In this document: in pieces, positions 19,112 through 28,525 of the stretch
Layout: each line of letters starts with the position of its first letter
How positions within the stretch are numbered: position 1 is the stretch's first letter
Origin: a virus
Length of the DNA stretch: 64,000 nt
IMG/VR virus record: IMGVR_UViG_3300025875_000005
Location: 32,899 to 96,898 of that record
Direction: 5' to 3' (one strand)
Notes under the pieces: model-generated
Told to the model about the DNA's origin: nothing
Databases searched by the model: none
What the model saw: only the letters and a program-made list of their open reading frames with translations
Program-made: the position numbers and the translations under genes

Positions 19112-19794
19112 TTAATCGGAATGGAGCGCCTTCTGAAACTCCTTGAATGACTTGTCTTTTGCGTGGGCCGCTACCCGAAGGAGGATCAGGGTGGAGTGAG
19201 CTTCCTCTCTGTGAAGCCCCTCTATGGCCTTCAAGAACAAAATCACTTGGCGGTAGGTGTACCCTCCGATGTCGCTGATGCTGTGTCCGTTTTGGATGAG
19301 ACGTTGGACAGAGAGACTCCAGCCTTGTCCAGCGTTCGTGCGAGGGCGACCAGCACGCTGGCTTGCGCTCTTCCGAGGGCTTTGGGAAGAGTCAGGAAGA
19401 AAAAATCGGCATTCACCACAAGCACCTTGGTGACTACCGCCGCGAACTCCTCAAACTGAAGTTCGTCCAGCTTCTCTGGAGTGCAACCAGTTGCAACCGC
19501 CATGGCCTCGTAGAAGAGCTTCTGGTCGGACCCCATCAAGGCAGTGAGGTTGAGGTCTCCCGTCTTCTCCATGGATGCCTGGAAAGAGGGCCAGAACTTC
19601 TCTGCGAGCGGGATAAAGACCTTCAGCTGCCTCATGACCATGGGCCCGATGTGGATGGGGCCCTGGGAGGTATGCAGCGTTTCAGGGTCAGAACCGAAGA
19701 TCTCCAAGCCATCCTCAGGGCGAGGCCCCCCCGATTCCTTGGGGGGACCATCCTTGAGTCGTTCCGCTTCCTCTTGCGAGATCTTCTCAGCCAT
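19112..19794 (-). CDS. Tail assembly chaperone, long -1 frameshift form (G-T-like)
   Basis: Slippery T TTT TTC at 19405-19399; the -1 frame is open to TAA at 19112 and encodes WSLSVQRLIQNGHSISDIGGYTYRQVILFLKAI. Confidence 0.75.
19243..19794 (-). CDS. Tail assembly chaperone, short form
   Basis: Lies between tail tube and tape measure; VNADFF motif. Confidence 0.8.
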   Translation of the reverse strand: MAEKISQEEAERLKDGPPKESGGPRPEDGLEIFGSDPETLHTSQGPIHIGPMVMRQLKVFIPLAEKFWPSFQASMEKTGDLNLTALMGSDQKLFYEAMAVATGCTPEKLDELQFEEFAAVVTKVLVVNADFFFLTLPKALGRAQASVLVALARTLDKAGVSLSNVSSKTDTASATSEGTPTAK

Positions 19795-19816
19795 TAGGAA
19801 CTACTCCTGCTGCGTA

Positions 19817-20572
19817 TTACGTGGGGATGATGATACGACCGAAGCCACCGAGTGCTGCGTCGGCCTGCTTGGTTGCATCGTACAGCGCTTCCGCCTCAAG
19901 CGTAAAGGAGGCGATTTCATCCGTCAACGCGCCGAAGTCCGAAATGGGGTCAAGGACCACCTTGTAAAGCTCGATCAAAACCGGCTTGTTGCCATCCGCC
20001 GTGTTCAGACCCTCGAAGCGCAGCCACCGCTCCTTGGACGCCTGCTGGAACATGGTCACGTTGGCGTAACCACCGTAGGTGTAGCTGACCTTGAACGGCT
20101 GCACGAAGGCACCCGGATTCACGATCTGGAGCGACCCGTGGTCAGCCGAGGACACCACGTAGTTGGTGCCCGCCACGAGGGTTGCAGGGGTTGCCGCCGA
20201 GTCCTTGACCACCACAGCCGAGACCTTCGTGTGGTTCAGGCGAACGTAGTCACCCGTCGCGAGAGTCGTGGGGAGAACTTCGTCCACAACCGAAGCGCCC
20301 GTCACAGCCGCGTTGTTTCCATAGAACGCCATGGAAAGGTTGGCAGCGGTGAAGTCCTCAAGCGCCATGCTGAGGGTCATCTGCTTGGAGGTCTGGATGG
20401 TCGCGTCAACGAGACGCTGGCCAGACGTGGCCTCTCGGTGCTCAAGCTTCTCCACCGCGAGACCGAGGTTAAGGGACGGCACGTTACCCAGGAACTTGAA
20501 AGCTCCCGGCTTGCCCGTCACGGAATCACGCTCTGCAACAAACACCCTGCCCTGACCAGAATAGTAGCTCAT
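19817..20572 (-). CDS. Major tail tube protein
   Basis: YYSGQGRVF..FLGNV..LRFEGLN..VLIELYKV siphovirus tail-tube pattern. Confidence 0.85.
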   Translation of the reverse strand: MSYYSGQGRVFVAERDSVTGKPGAFKFLGNVPSLNLGLAVEKLEHREATSGQRLVDATIQTSKQMTLSMALEDFTAANLSMAFYGNNAAVTGASVVDEVLPTTLATGDYVRLNHTKVSAVVVKDSAATPATLVAGTNYVVSSADHGSLQIVNPGAFVQPFKVSYTYGGYANVTMFQQASKERWLRFEGLNTADGNKPVLIELYKVVLDPISDFGALTDEIASFTLEAEALYDATKQADAALGGFGRIIIPT

Positions 20573-20647
20573 GGATTTGTCTCCTTGCTGCTTGGTTATT
20601 GGAGGCCAATTCGCACTGGCCTACTCATTGGTTGATGGGGGTTGGAA

Positions 20648-20938
20648 TTACTTGTTGAAGTAGGTGACCAGGAGCTTCTTGGTGGCAGTCGTTCCACCGA
20701 TCCGGATGACGCCCGCCGCGTGAACCACAGCCGACCCGCTGTAGGCCCCGAAGTCAGAGATATTGAGGACCGAGACCAGATGGGCAGTGGCCAGAAGACC
20801 AGGGACAGCGATGTCCGCCCCGCCCGCCGCGCCATCCACCACCACCTGCTTCAGACCCTGAAGCTCCTTGACTGCCGTAACGAGATCCTTGCCACCTGCG
20901 CCACCGGGACCAACAAGCTTCAGATTCTTAAGAGCCAT
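20648..20938 (-). CDS. Small structural protein (hypothetical)
   Basis: 96 aa with GGAGG RBS, inside the morphogenesis operon. Confidence 0.6.
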   Translation of the reverse strand: MALKNLKLVGPGGAGGKDLVTAVKELQGLKQVVVDGAAGGADIAVPGLLATAHLVSVLNISDFGAYSGSAVVHAAGVIRIGGTTATKKLLVTYFNK

Positions 20939-21001
20939 GACATACCTCCAAAAGGGAAATCTTCAGATGAGTCGCATTGTAACGGAAGCCGTGCTTCAGA
21001 C

Positions 21002-21460
21002 CTAGAGGCCCTGAGTCAATAGGACCGGCAAAGTCCATCGCTGCATCCAAACTACCACACCTTTCTTGGACATAGCGGGGGTCTCCAGAACGAACTCCCA
21101 TTTATGCATGGAGGGTCCCTGGGTATCCCGGAGTGTATTCCGGATCTTATCCATGAGGGCAAGTGCCTCGGTCTTGATGGTATCCAGCTGCATTGGGATC
21201 ACATCGGACTGGTCCTTGAAGATGAGGACCACGTTGATGGAGAGCTTGGCAGAGAGGCCATTGCGTCCAGAGGTCTTGCCCGCTTCCCCCGCGCTTCTCA
21301 TGCCCTCGTAGATGACTCCTACGGCAGGAAAGGGGAAAAGCCCGGAGAAAGCAGTCAATTCATCATCCGAAAGGATGTAGAAGCTCTTGCCGCTCAACTC
21401 CGCAACTGATTGCAGCTTGGTAACGACGCTCTTGACTGCATCTTCAGCGATATTGGCCAT
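21002..21460 (-). CDS. Tail terminator-like connector protein
   Basis: Position, size and FPAVGVIY motif. Confidence 0.6.
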   Translation of the reverse strand: MANIAEDAVKSVVTKLQSVAELSGKSFYILSDDELTAFSGLFPFPAVGVIYEGMRSAGEAGKTSGRNGLSAKLSINVVLIFKDQSDVIPMQLDTIKTEALALMDKIRNTLRDTQGPSMHKWEFVLETPAMSKKGVVVWMQRWTLPVLLTQGL

Positions 21461-21468
21461 GGAGGTCT

Positions 21469-21897
21469 TCAGCCCAGTAGACGGGCGATTCTTGCGTAAA
21501 TGATGCGTTCAACCATCTCAACGTCTTCCTCATTGATACCCATGTACTCGCGGCGCACCTGCCCCTCGGTCCCGTAGTTGTGCTCGTAGGCATACTCTAC
21601 GTTGGTGGCAATGAACCGCTCATCCGTACCCTGCCCCGCAAGCTGGATGGAATGAAAGAGCTTGCCGGTATCGAACAGGGTTCCTCCACCCCGCCCCTCT
21701 GCTGCCCTCCGCATGGCTGCGAAGGAGGGAATCCAGGGTGTCCCATCGGCAGAGACTTGCTGGAGGAACCGGGATCGAATCTGAGAGAGGAGATAGGAGG
21801 CAGCCTCATCCAGGATGTGATTCACCTCGAAGGATTTCTCCAGGCTATCAAGCGCCTTGGAGAGGTCTATGTCCCCGCCGATTTCAATGACGAGCAT
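21469..21897 (-). CDS. Virion morphogenesis / tail completion protein (Mu gpG-like)
   Basis: RFLQQVSADGTPW..LFDTGKLFHSI..TNVEYAYEHNYG..REYMGI. Confidence 0.8.
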   Translation of the reverse strand: MLVIEIGGDIDLSKALDSLEKSFEVNHILDEAASYLLSQIRSRFLQQVSADGTPWIPSFAAMRRAAEGRGGGTLFDTGKLFHSIQLAGQGTDERFIATNVEYAYEHNYGTEGQVRREYMGINEEDVEMVERIIYARIARLLG

Positions 21898-22490
21898 TAG
21901 AAGATGGGCTCAAGGCTAAAGCCCATTCGTCTCCGGTAGGGGGTGAGGACTGCCATCGCATGGGCCGCTGCGTAGTTGGAGGTCTCCTGAGCGGACCCCT
22001 TGTCCTTGGCCTTGATGGGCTGACTCACATGGAAGATCGCCGGGACGTATCCCAGGATGGCCTCCTTCAGAGGCTCGGGAACATCCTCTCCCGTGTCAAA
22101 GCCTGCGTCGTAGACCACCCGAACGTGGGAACCCTTGTAGGAGGCAGGGACGAAGACAAAGCCCCGGTCATAGTCGAACTGGGCCCCCAGAACCGGCTCC
22201 CCCACTTCATCCGTGCTCCCGCTGTGCGTCACAACCGGGGCAGTGTCTCGTCGAACGAAACCGTTCTTGAGCCTCAGGCGAAACATCCCATCCGGAATGA
22301 TGTCCCCGGTCTTGGTCTCATCCAGGAGATAGACATGGGTATAAACGCCCCGCTCAAAGACGGTATCCAACTCAGAAGCAACCCTCAGATGCGCTGCCTT
22401 CACGGCAGAATTGATGGCAGGAAGGGCAGCGGCAATTGAGCCAATGACCATCCGGCTTTCTACTTCCTGCGTGGTAACGAGCATCAGCAT
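21897..22490 (-). CDS. Head-tail adaptor
   Basis: VRVVYDAGF..VPEPLKEAIL..LTPYRR, a gp6/gp15-type pattern. Confidence 0.7.
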   Translation of the reverse strand: MLMLVTTQEVESRMVIGSIAAALPAINSAVKAAHLRVASELDTVFERGVYTHVYLLDETKTGDIIPDGMFRLRLKNGFVRRDTAPVVTHSGSTDEVGEPVLGAQFDYDRGFVFVPASYKGSHVRVVYDAGFDTGEDVPEPLKEAILGYVPAIFHVSQPIKAKDKGSAQETSNYAAAHAMAVLTPYRRRMGFSLEPIF

Positions 22491-22532
22491 GGCATCTCTC
22501 CTGAGGGTTGCTTCTGGCGTCAGTCTACCGGA

Positions 22533-22973
22533 TTAGACTTCAGCCGTATCGCCATCCAGACCCAATTCCGCCTCTTCCTCAGGGGTCGTGAGGCTGATGG
22601 ACTTGGGGTTCTCATTCAGAGGAACCTGGGTGCCCACGGGGGTCGGGGCAGGGGCTCCCTTGAAGGCTGCCCAATGCTGCTCATCCGTCACCTCGCGCTT
22701 CACCTTCTCCTGGAAGGGTCGGAAGGCAGTGACACCATCCACATTGACCTTGAGGAACTGAAGAGCCTCATCCTTCGTGCAGCTGTACTTGATGCCCTCG
22801 ACGTAGACCACGCCCTGAAACCAGAGGCGCTTGAGGGGAGGGGCAAGCTCAATGGTCATCTGGGCAGGCTTTGCCTCGACCTTGGGCTTGGCGTCTGCCT
22901 TGGCGTCAACCGAGGGGGCAGGCTTGGTGGGGAGAACAGACTTCACGTCGGGGTTGGCAGTCTTGATGGTCAT
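22533..22973 (-). CDS. Hypothetical protein downstream of the capsid gene
   Basis: CCAAGGAGTG RBS before ATG 22973. Confidence 0.6.
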   Translation of the reverse strand: MTIKTANPDVKSVLPTKPAPSVDAKADAKPKVEAKPAQMTIELAPPLKRLWFQGVVYVEGIKYSCTKDEALQFLKVNVDGVTAFRPFQEKVKREVTDEQHWAAFKGAPAPTPVGTQVPLNENPKSISLTTPEEEAELGLDGDTAEV

Positions 22974-23042
22974 GCACACTCCTTGGGTATGAACTACCTG
23001 CACTCAATTGCAGAATGCGACTCTAACCTAAGCACTAAGCAC

Positions 23043-23075
23043 AAAAAAAGAGGGCCCCCGATTAAGGAGGCCCTC
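23043..23075 (-). terminator. Intrinsic terminator after the major capsid gene
   Basis: GAGGGCCTCC-TTAATC-GGGGGCCCTC-TTTTTTT on the minus strand. Confidence 0.8.
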
Positions 23076-23116
23076 CGAGAGGCGTAGACGGGGGGAACTA
23101 CGCCCACTCTGACAAC

Positions 23117-24055
23117 TTAGAGCGCGATGCCAGTGGTCTTCACTGCCGCGAGGGTCTCTTCAACCTGAAGAGCAACGCGCGTGGTGAGGACAACGATGAA
23201 CTGGCGGCGGGTGATGTCCTTGTCGAACTCAAGGGTGATGTCGCGCTGGATTCCGAAGATCAGGTTCTTCGGGTTGGTGAAGAGAGCCGAGGCAGGGTCG
23301 ATCATCGCCGCGCCCTCAACCGTGGACCCGAAGACGCGCAGGGGAAGGTTACCCTGCACCATCGAGTCACCGAGGCTCGTCGCACGCTCGCCGTACTGGT
23401 CACGAAGCTCAGTCTCGTTATCAACCGAGACGAAGTGCTTCATGGCGTTACGGTCGCGGAGGTAGCGGTCGGGCATCGCCTTCACAGCCGCCTTCACGAG
23501 GTCCTTGGTGAAGACCGCGCCGCCAGCCGCAACCGCGTTGGAGACACAGAGCTTCAGCCAGCCGTTCATGGTCGCGAGGTAAGCGTCACCCGAAGCCGTG
23601 TCACCCTGGAGAGCAAGCTCCTCAAGGTCACGAGCCGCGCGCTGACCCAGGAGGTCAACAATCGTCGCGTGGATGCCACCGGCACCCTCCGTGGGCTTGC
23701 CGTCGATGCGCCCGCCCTCGATGTTGTCCTCAAGGACAGAGTACGGGATGCGAAGCTCAGCGATGAACTCCTTGGTGTTCAGCACGACCTGACCGAGGTC
23801 GGGCTTCACGCGGTCACCAGCCGAGAGCGCCGTGTCCTCAACTGCCGGACGAAGCACGCGCGAGCCGAAACCGATCTTGTTGATCTTCATCTCCGGGCCC
23901 GTCATGAAGACCGTGCGGACCTGGGGGATGATGGTCGGGGAGTCCATCAGGTTCTTGAGGAACCGGTTGGTCTGCTGGGGGTTGAGCTTGCCTGCCGTCG
24001 CGAGATCGGCAAGAGCCATGTCAGCCTTCTGGATGATTTCCTGATTAGAACTCAT
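23117..24055 (-). CDS. Major capsid protein (HK97 fold, XkdG-like)
   Basis: GKLNPQQTNRF..KIGFGSRVL..LEDNIE..TNPKNLIFG; follows protease and scaffold; strong codon bias. Confidence 0.9.
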   Translation of the reverse strand: MSSNQEIIQKADMALADLATAGKLNPQQTNRFLKNLMDSPTIIPQVRTVFMTGPEMKINKIGFGSRVLRPAVEDTALSAGDRVKPDLGQVVLNTKEFIAELRIPYSVLEDNIEGGRIDGKPTEGAGGIHATIVDLLGQRAARDLEELALQGDTASGDAYLATMNGWLKLCVSNAVAAGGAVFTKDLVKAAVKAMPDRYLRDRNAMKHFVSVDNETELRDQYGERATSLGDSMVQGNLPLRVFGSTVEGAAMIDPASALFTNPKNLIFGIQRDITLEFDKDITRRQFIVVLTTRVALQVEETLAAVKTTGIAL

Positions 24056-24114
24056 TTGCCGTCTCCTGAATCGTAAACATGGGGGGCTTTTTATTAGCCC
24101 CGATATAGAAAGTT

Positions 24115-25461
24115 TTAGCTGTTCTTCTTGTTGCGAGCAACACGTGAGCCCATCAGAGCGCTGTCGTAATAGCCCGTTCCGAACTCGGAACCTTCATCTG
24201 CCTTAGAAACCGCGACCTTAGACGAAGGGTCCCCAATCGGTGCAGGAGCGATGACAGTGCTCTTGACCACCTTCTGGGTTGCATCCGCCTTCTGGACAGC
24301 CTCAGAGACCTGGGTCTTGAGGGTGCTGTTCTCGGTCACCAGGGCCTCAATCTTCTCTCCCTGGGACTTCTGGATGGTCGTGATCTCCGACATCTGACCG
24401 CTGAGCTTGGTGAGCATCTCCAGCACGGGGTCCGGGAGGGCCTCTTCCTTCTTCACAGGGGCCTTCTTCGCCTTCTCCTCATCCGTCTCTTCCTTCACGA
24501 ACGGGGGAGCCTTGCCCTCCTCAGCAACCGGGGCCTCAGTCGTAGGAGCAACCTCCTCCTTGGCCTTCTCCTCTTCCTTCTTCTTGGCTGCCTTCTCCAC
24601 GGACTCCGGGACAGGGGTCTCCGAGGTGATGGCCTCATGCACAGAGGGCGCAGGAGCGTCAGCGGGGGTCTCGACAACCACCACATCAGAGGTCGGGGCA
24701 GTCGCAACCACCTCAACAACCTTCTCTTCGGTCTTCTCAGTGTCGCTCATGACGGTCTCTTCCTTCTTGATGGTTTCGCAATTGGTTGCAGAGGGGGTTG
24801 CAGTCTTGTAAGCCATCTCCCCCAGCTGGGCATTGGCGTAGAATGCCTTGCCCGGGATAGAAGCAACAAGACCCATGACGTGGGCAGTAAAGTCCGCGAG
24901 GTGCCCTTCTGCTGCGAGCTTGGCCTCTTCGAAGGAGGTAGCCGCGTAGACGGACTGGTCAATCACAGAGCGAAGGGCGCTGGAAGCCGCGTAGAAGCCC
25001 TCGGTGTAAGCAGTCGCCCCGAGCTTCTCCGAGAAGGTAGAAAGCTTCTGGCTCCAGGGCTCGAAACCCTTCATGACCACCACCATCTGGTCAGACAGAC
25101 GAACGACGTGACCCTCTTCCGGGGCCTCGCCCTGAGCGAACATGACCGTACCGTCCGCGTTCTCCGTCATGGTATCGACCGAGAAGCCAGCCTTCTTGAT
25201 GACTTCCTTGACTGCATCCAAGTCCGCCGTCTTGTGGACGATAACCGCCCCAACCGAAGGGGCAGCGGGAGCCTCAGGTGCGGTGCTCTCGCCCTTGAGG
25301 ATCTTGGAGAGGAAGCTACGGGGGTTGGTCAAGTCAATCATAGGGGCTCCTTCAGCGGTTTTCTGGATGCGAAAAGGGATCTGGTTCGCAGAACGCGAGA
25401 CCAGGGACACAAAATGTGCCTGGGGATCAAGAAGCTTCTTCATCCGAACCTTGATCTTCAT
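24115..25461 (-). CDS. Scaffold / head assembly protein
   Basis: FVSLVSRSAN N-terminal motif, Glu/Ala/Pro-rich linker and coiled coil; immediately before the capsid gene. Confidence 0.65.
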   Translation of the reverse strand: MKIKVRMKKLLDPQAHFVSLVSRSANQIPFRIQKTAEGAPMIDLTNPRSFLSKILKGESTAPEAPAAPSVGAVIVHKTADLDAVKEVIKKAGFSVDTMTENADGTVMFAQGEAPEEGHVVRLSDQMVVVMKGFEPWSQKLSTFSEKLGATAYTEGFYAASSALRSVIDQSVYAATSFEEAKLAAEGHLADFTAHVMGLVASIPGKAFYANAQLGEMAYKTATPSATNCETIKKEETVMSDTEKTEEKVVEVVATAPTSDVVVVETPADAPAPSVHEAITSETPVPESVEKAAKKKEEEKAKEEVAPTTEAPVAEEGKAPPFVKEETDEEKAKKAPVKKEEALPDPVLEMLTKLSGQMSEITTIQKSQGEKIEALVTENSTLKTQVSEAVQKADATQKVVKSTVIAPAPIGDPSSKVAVSKADEGSEFGTGYYDSALMGSRVARNKKNS

Positions 25462-25506
25462 GGAGAACTCCGGGTCACGATGTTTGGGAGAGTAACAGAA
25501 AGTGAA

Positions 25507-26133
25507 TCAACCTTCGGTGATGGAGAGGTTGTCCACGGAAGAGAAACGGTGTCTGTGGCCCTTGGCCACCTCTGTCACAGTGCCCGTCACGATGCGATGG
25601 TTGTGACCGTCCACGTAATCGGTCTGGCCTCCGAGGAACTTCCCGTCTTCTCCGAACTTGGCCGTGAAGACGTGGGAGTGACCCTGAACAATGGAGGTGG
25701 GGCCCGTAAGCTCATCCGGGATCTCAATCTCCACCTCTTGTTCTTGCTTGATGACCAGGGCCTCCACAGAGAAGCCGTTAAGCTCGCCCTTCTTCACCTT
25801 CTCCCAGAGGGCATCATCATCCACGTGGACGCCCACGACCCAGCTGCCTGGGATGAAGGTCGCGTCATCATCACGAGCGATGAAGCTCTCCACCACATGA
25901 ACGCCGGGGGTCAGGACGTTCTCATGCTGGGTATCCACTGAGGCAAGCTTCAACTCGCGCATGAAGTTGTAGGCCATCTTTCGAATGGCCTCGGCATCCA
26001 TGTACTCGCCATGCACATCCGGCTTGAGGGGGGAATACACCTCCCCGTAGACCATCCGCTGTTCTTCATCGGCCTTCTGGATTTTGACGGGTTCCATGTG
26101 AACAAGGGTACTTGACTTGTTCTGACCTGCCAA
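25507..26133 (-). CDS. XkdF-like prohead serine protease
   Basis: QRMVYGEVY.P..D.HGE..D.QH..VVESFIA..GSWV..W..VKKGELNGFS. Confidence 0.85.
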   Translation of the reverse strand: MAGQNKSSTLVHMEPVKIQKADEEQRMVYGEVYSPLKPDVHGEYMDAEAIRKMAYNFMRELKLASVDTQHENVLTPGVHVVESFIARDDDATFIPGSWVVGVHVDDDALWEKVKKGELNGFSVEALVIKQEQEVEIEIPDELTGPTSIVQGHSHVFTAKFGEDGKFLGGQTDYVDGHNHRIVTGTVTEVAKGHRHRFSSVDNLSITEG

Positions 26134-26139
26134 GTTGCC

Positions 26140-26172
26140 AAAAAGAAAGGGCCCGGTGATTAGCCGGACCCT
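26140..26172 (-). terminator. Intrinsic terminator closing the toxin/hydrolase cassette
   Basis: AGGGTCCGG-CTAATCA-CCGGGCCCT-TTCTTTTT on the minus strand. Confidence 0.7.
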
Positions 26173-26199
26173 CGGAACTCTGCAATCAGTTGCGCTGAC

Positions 26200-27132
26200 T
26201 TACACAGCCGCCACGTAGTCAATCACGGGCTGGATATCGACCACAGCCTTGAGGTCAGGGATATCAATGGGGAAAAGGTGGGCTGCAAGGCCTCCCGCCA
26301 TGGAACCCACGGTATCCGAGTCCCCCACGATGTGGATTGCATCCTTGGCCGCCTGCAACCAGGAGGTAGCCCCCATGACTGACCGGAGGGCAATCGCCAC
26401 TGCCTCCTCAGCTACCCATGCCTGAGCCTGCATCCGGGTCTGATAGAACTTGGCGTCGTTCTCCTTGGTGTGCTTGGTGAAGGCATCGATGTTGACGCCC
26501 TCAGCCACCATGCACATCCGCGCCCTCCCCATTGCCTCCTCCAGATTGGGGGAACGGGTGAGGAAGAAGTGCAGGAGAGACCAGTAGACCGACCCCTGCC
26601 AAGCAAAGTGATGGTCGTGGGTGAGTTGTGCGTCAATCACTGCCGTATCGATGACCCAGGCAGGGCCCATGTCCCAGACAGCCCCCAGGATACCGATGGG
26701 AGCGCATCGCATCACTGTGCCATTGCCCTTGGAGGTGTTCGTGGACCGCTTACCCTGACGGCAGATGGCCGCCATGGAGCCCATGCAGGTGTTACCCGGG
26801 GCCCGCCGCTGCCACATCTCATGGTACCCAAGGACACCCTCATCGTACATGGCGTTCGGGGTATTGGTCTGGGTCGTGTACCAGCGGCAGTACCCGCGAG
26901 AAATCTCCTGCCTCAGGGACTTCTTGTTCCCGCCGTCAGCCTTCCAGAGCTTCAGGCTTTCGGTGAGGAAGAGCATCATCTGGGTATCGTCGGAAGCGTG
27001 GGCCTCCGTGTCAGTCAGAACCCTCATCCAGGATTCAGCGGATGGGACGCCCCCGAACTCCAGGGGCTCTCCCAATGCATCTCCGTAAGCCGTGCCCATC
27101 AGAATCTGCTTCAGCACTCCATTGCCGTCCAT
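26200..27132 (-). CDS. ADP-ribosylglycohydrolase (DraG/ARH family)
   Basis: GDALG, SDDTQM, RAPGNTC, KGNGTVMR, AQLTH and GDSDTVGS motifs. Start reassigned to ATG 27132. Confidence 0.9.
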   Translation of the reverse strand: MDGNGVLKQILMGTAYGDALGEPLEFGGVPSAESWMRVLTDTEAHASDDTQMMLFLTESLKLWKADGGNKKSLRQEISRGYCRWYTTQTNTPNAMYDEGVLGYHEMWQRRAPGNTCMGSMAAICRQGKRSTNTSKGNGTVMRCAPIGILGAVWDMGPAWVIDTAVIDAQLTHDHHFAWQGSVYWSLLHFFLTRSPNLEEAMGRARMCMVAEGVNIDAFTKHTKENDAKFYQTRMQAQAWVAEEAVAIALRSVMGATSWLQAAKDAIHIVGDSDTVGSMAGGLAAHLFPIDIPDLKAVVDIQPVIDYVAAV

Positions 27133-27137
27133 CTGAG

Positions 27138-27395
27138 TTACTTTCTGAGGCCGTCCAGGCGCTCTTGAGGGGTTACTTCCTTGGGGACTGCCTCGTACTG
27201 GATACCGTGGTCGCCCTCTACGGGCTCCATGTGCTTGTTCTCCCCATCCAAGATGGCCTCGGGGATTCGGTCCGTAAAGGCATTGCACTGGCTGAGGGAC
27301 GCCCACCTGTGGACGCACGTCTGGCAGCTGCTCTTGAGGATGGTCGCCGCCTCCCCCACAAACTTCGATTCATCGTCGTGATTTTGATCGAACAT
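27138..27395 (-). CDS. Small acidic Cys-containing protein (candidate immunity protein)
   Basis: CxxCxH..CxAF..IP..I..G...H..P..GD.GIQYE; own promoter at 27413-27442. Confidence 0.7.
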   Translation of the reverse strand: MFDQNHDDESKFVGEAATILKSSCQTCVHRWASLSQCNAFTDRIPEAILDGENKHMEPVEGDHGIQYEAVPKEVTPQERLDGLRK

Positions 27396-27438
27396 GGCCA
27401 ATCCTTAAGAGAAGTCCTACCCCAACTACATTAGTTTG

Positions 27439-28272
27439 TCAAATCAAATCTACGCTCATGATGTGCCGGGTGTAGGTCCCGCTACCCTCGTGGCGGTAAC
27501 CCGTGATCTTGTAGCGGGAGTTACGGGGCAGGAGAAGCTCAGACTCGGAGGAGTGATGGGTCCGCTCCTTGTCCTGACCAAGGTAGGCCCCCTTCGCTCC
27601 CTTCTTGACGTTGATCTCCAGCATCACACGCCCCTGCTTCATGAAGCCCCCAGCAACCTCCTTGTCGATGGAGGTAGAGCCGTAGGACTTATCCTTGAAC
27701 TCGGTCCCGACCAGCTTCTCGAAGAAGTCAGGCTTGGCCACATCATACTTGTCGAGTCCCCACACCCGCTGGGTCATGGCCCGGTAGGCAACCACGTTGT
27801 CAGGGACTTCCATCTTGTCCAGGGCCTTGTCCAGGGCCTTAACAGAGGCATCCATGCCCTTCTTGGTATGGGGCTGTTGAATCTTCTCGTAGGTAGGGGT
27901 GGGATTCACATGCTCGTTGAGCCGCTTGGAGAAGGAACCCGTGTACGTAACGATATCCCGACGCTCCTTGGGGGTAAGGCTGTCCCACTGCTTCTGGGTA
28001 GCATCCCGCATGAGGGTATCGCCCACCCCGAGACTGGTCTCGACCGTGGTGCCGTAGACATCGTACTTCTTGTACGGGGGTGGCTCATGGGCCTTCTTGT
28101 AGGCCTCAGATGCCTTTACCTCTGCGAGGTACTCAGCCTTGTCTCGGTCATTGAGCTTCTTGAACTTGCCCCCCCACGAAACTGAATGGGCACCCGGCTT
28201 ACTGGTAAACCGGCCATTCTTGTCGTGGTAGGGGTTAAGCTTCAGGATCTTCGCGTATTCGGGAGGGGACAC
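27439..28272 (-). CDS. ADP-ribosyltransferase (VIP2/C3-like R-S-E class) with NPYH leader
   Basis: VVAYR, YGSTS and ESELLLPRNS catalytic motifs. Start proposed at GTG 28272 behind GAGG. Confidence 0.88.
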   Translation of the reverse strand: MSPPEYAKILKLNPYHDKNGRFTSKPGAHSVSWGGKFKKLNDRDKAEYLAEVKASEAYKKAHEPPPYKKYDVYGTTVETSLGVGDTLMRDATQKQWDSLTPKERRDIVTYTGSFSKRLNEHVNPTPTYEKIQQPHTKKGMDASVKALDKALDKMEVPDNVVAYRAMTQRVWGLDKYDVAKPDFFEKLVGTEFKDKSYGSTSIDKEVAGGFMKQGRVMLEINVKKGAKGAYLGQDKERTHHSSESELLLPRNSRYKITGYRHEGSGTYTRHIMSVDLI

Positions 28273-28336
28273 AGGCAACCTCGAAAGGGACGTGTCCCCT
28301 GACTTTACGGGGCTCTGCAACTGAGTGCAATTCGAC

Positions 28337-28525
28337 TCAAGCCTTACTCTTCAACCACTCCGCATAGCCCTTCTTCATCGTCGGGTCATTCGGAAAGGCC
28401 TCTTCTGGCTTCAGCTTCAGGTTGTGCGCGTCGTGGTACTCGGTCTCCGGGGGCAGCTTGCCAAGCTTGTCCCATTCGGGTTCGTTCTCCCACGCTTCGG
28501 GAGGAAACCCCTTCTTCGTAGTCAT
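28337..28525 (-). CDS. Small protein (candidate antitoxin of the zeta kinase)
   Basis: 62 aa, GAGGTG RBS, own promoter at 28561-28590. Confidence 0.6.
   Translation of the reverse strand: MTTKKGFPPEAWENEPEWDKLGKLPPETEYHDAHNLKLKPEEAFPNDPTMKKGYAEWLKSKA

Noticed and set aside
27133-27318. N-terminal 62 aa of the 372-aa ORF-track hydrolase
   Set aside because: Overlaps the separate gene 27138-27395; the family motifs start just after ATG 27132.
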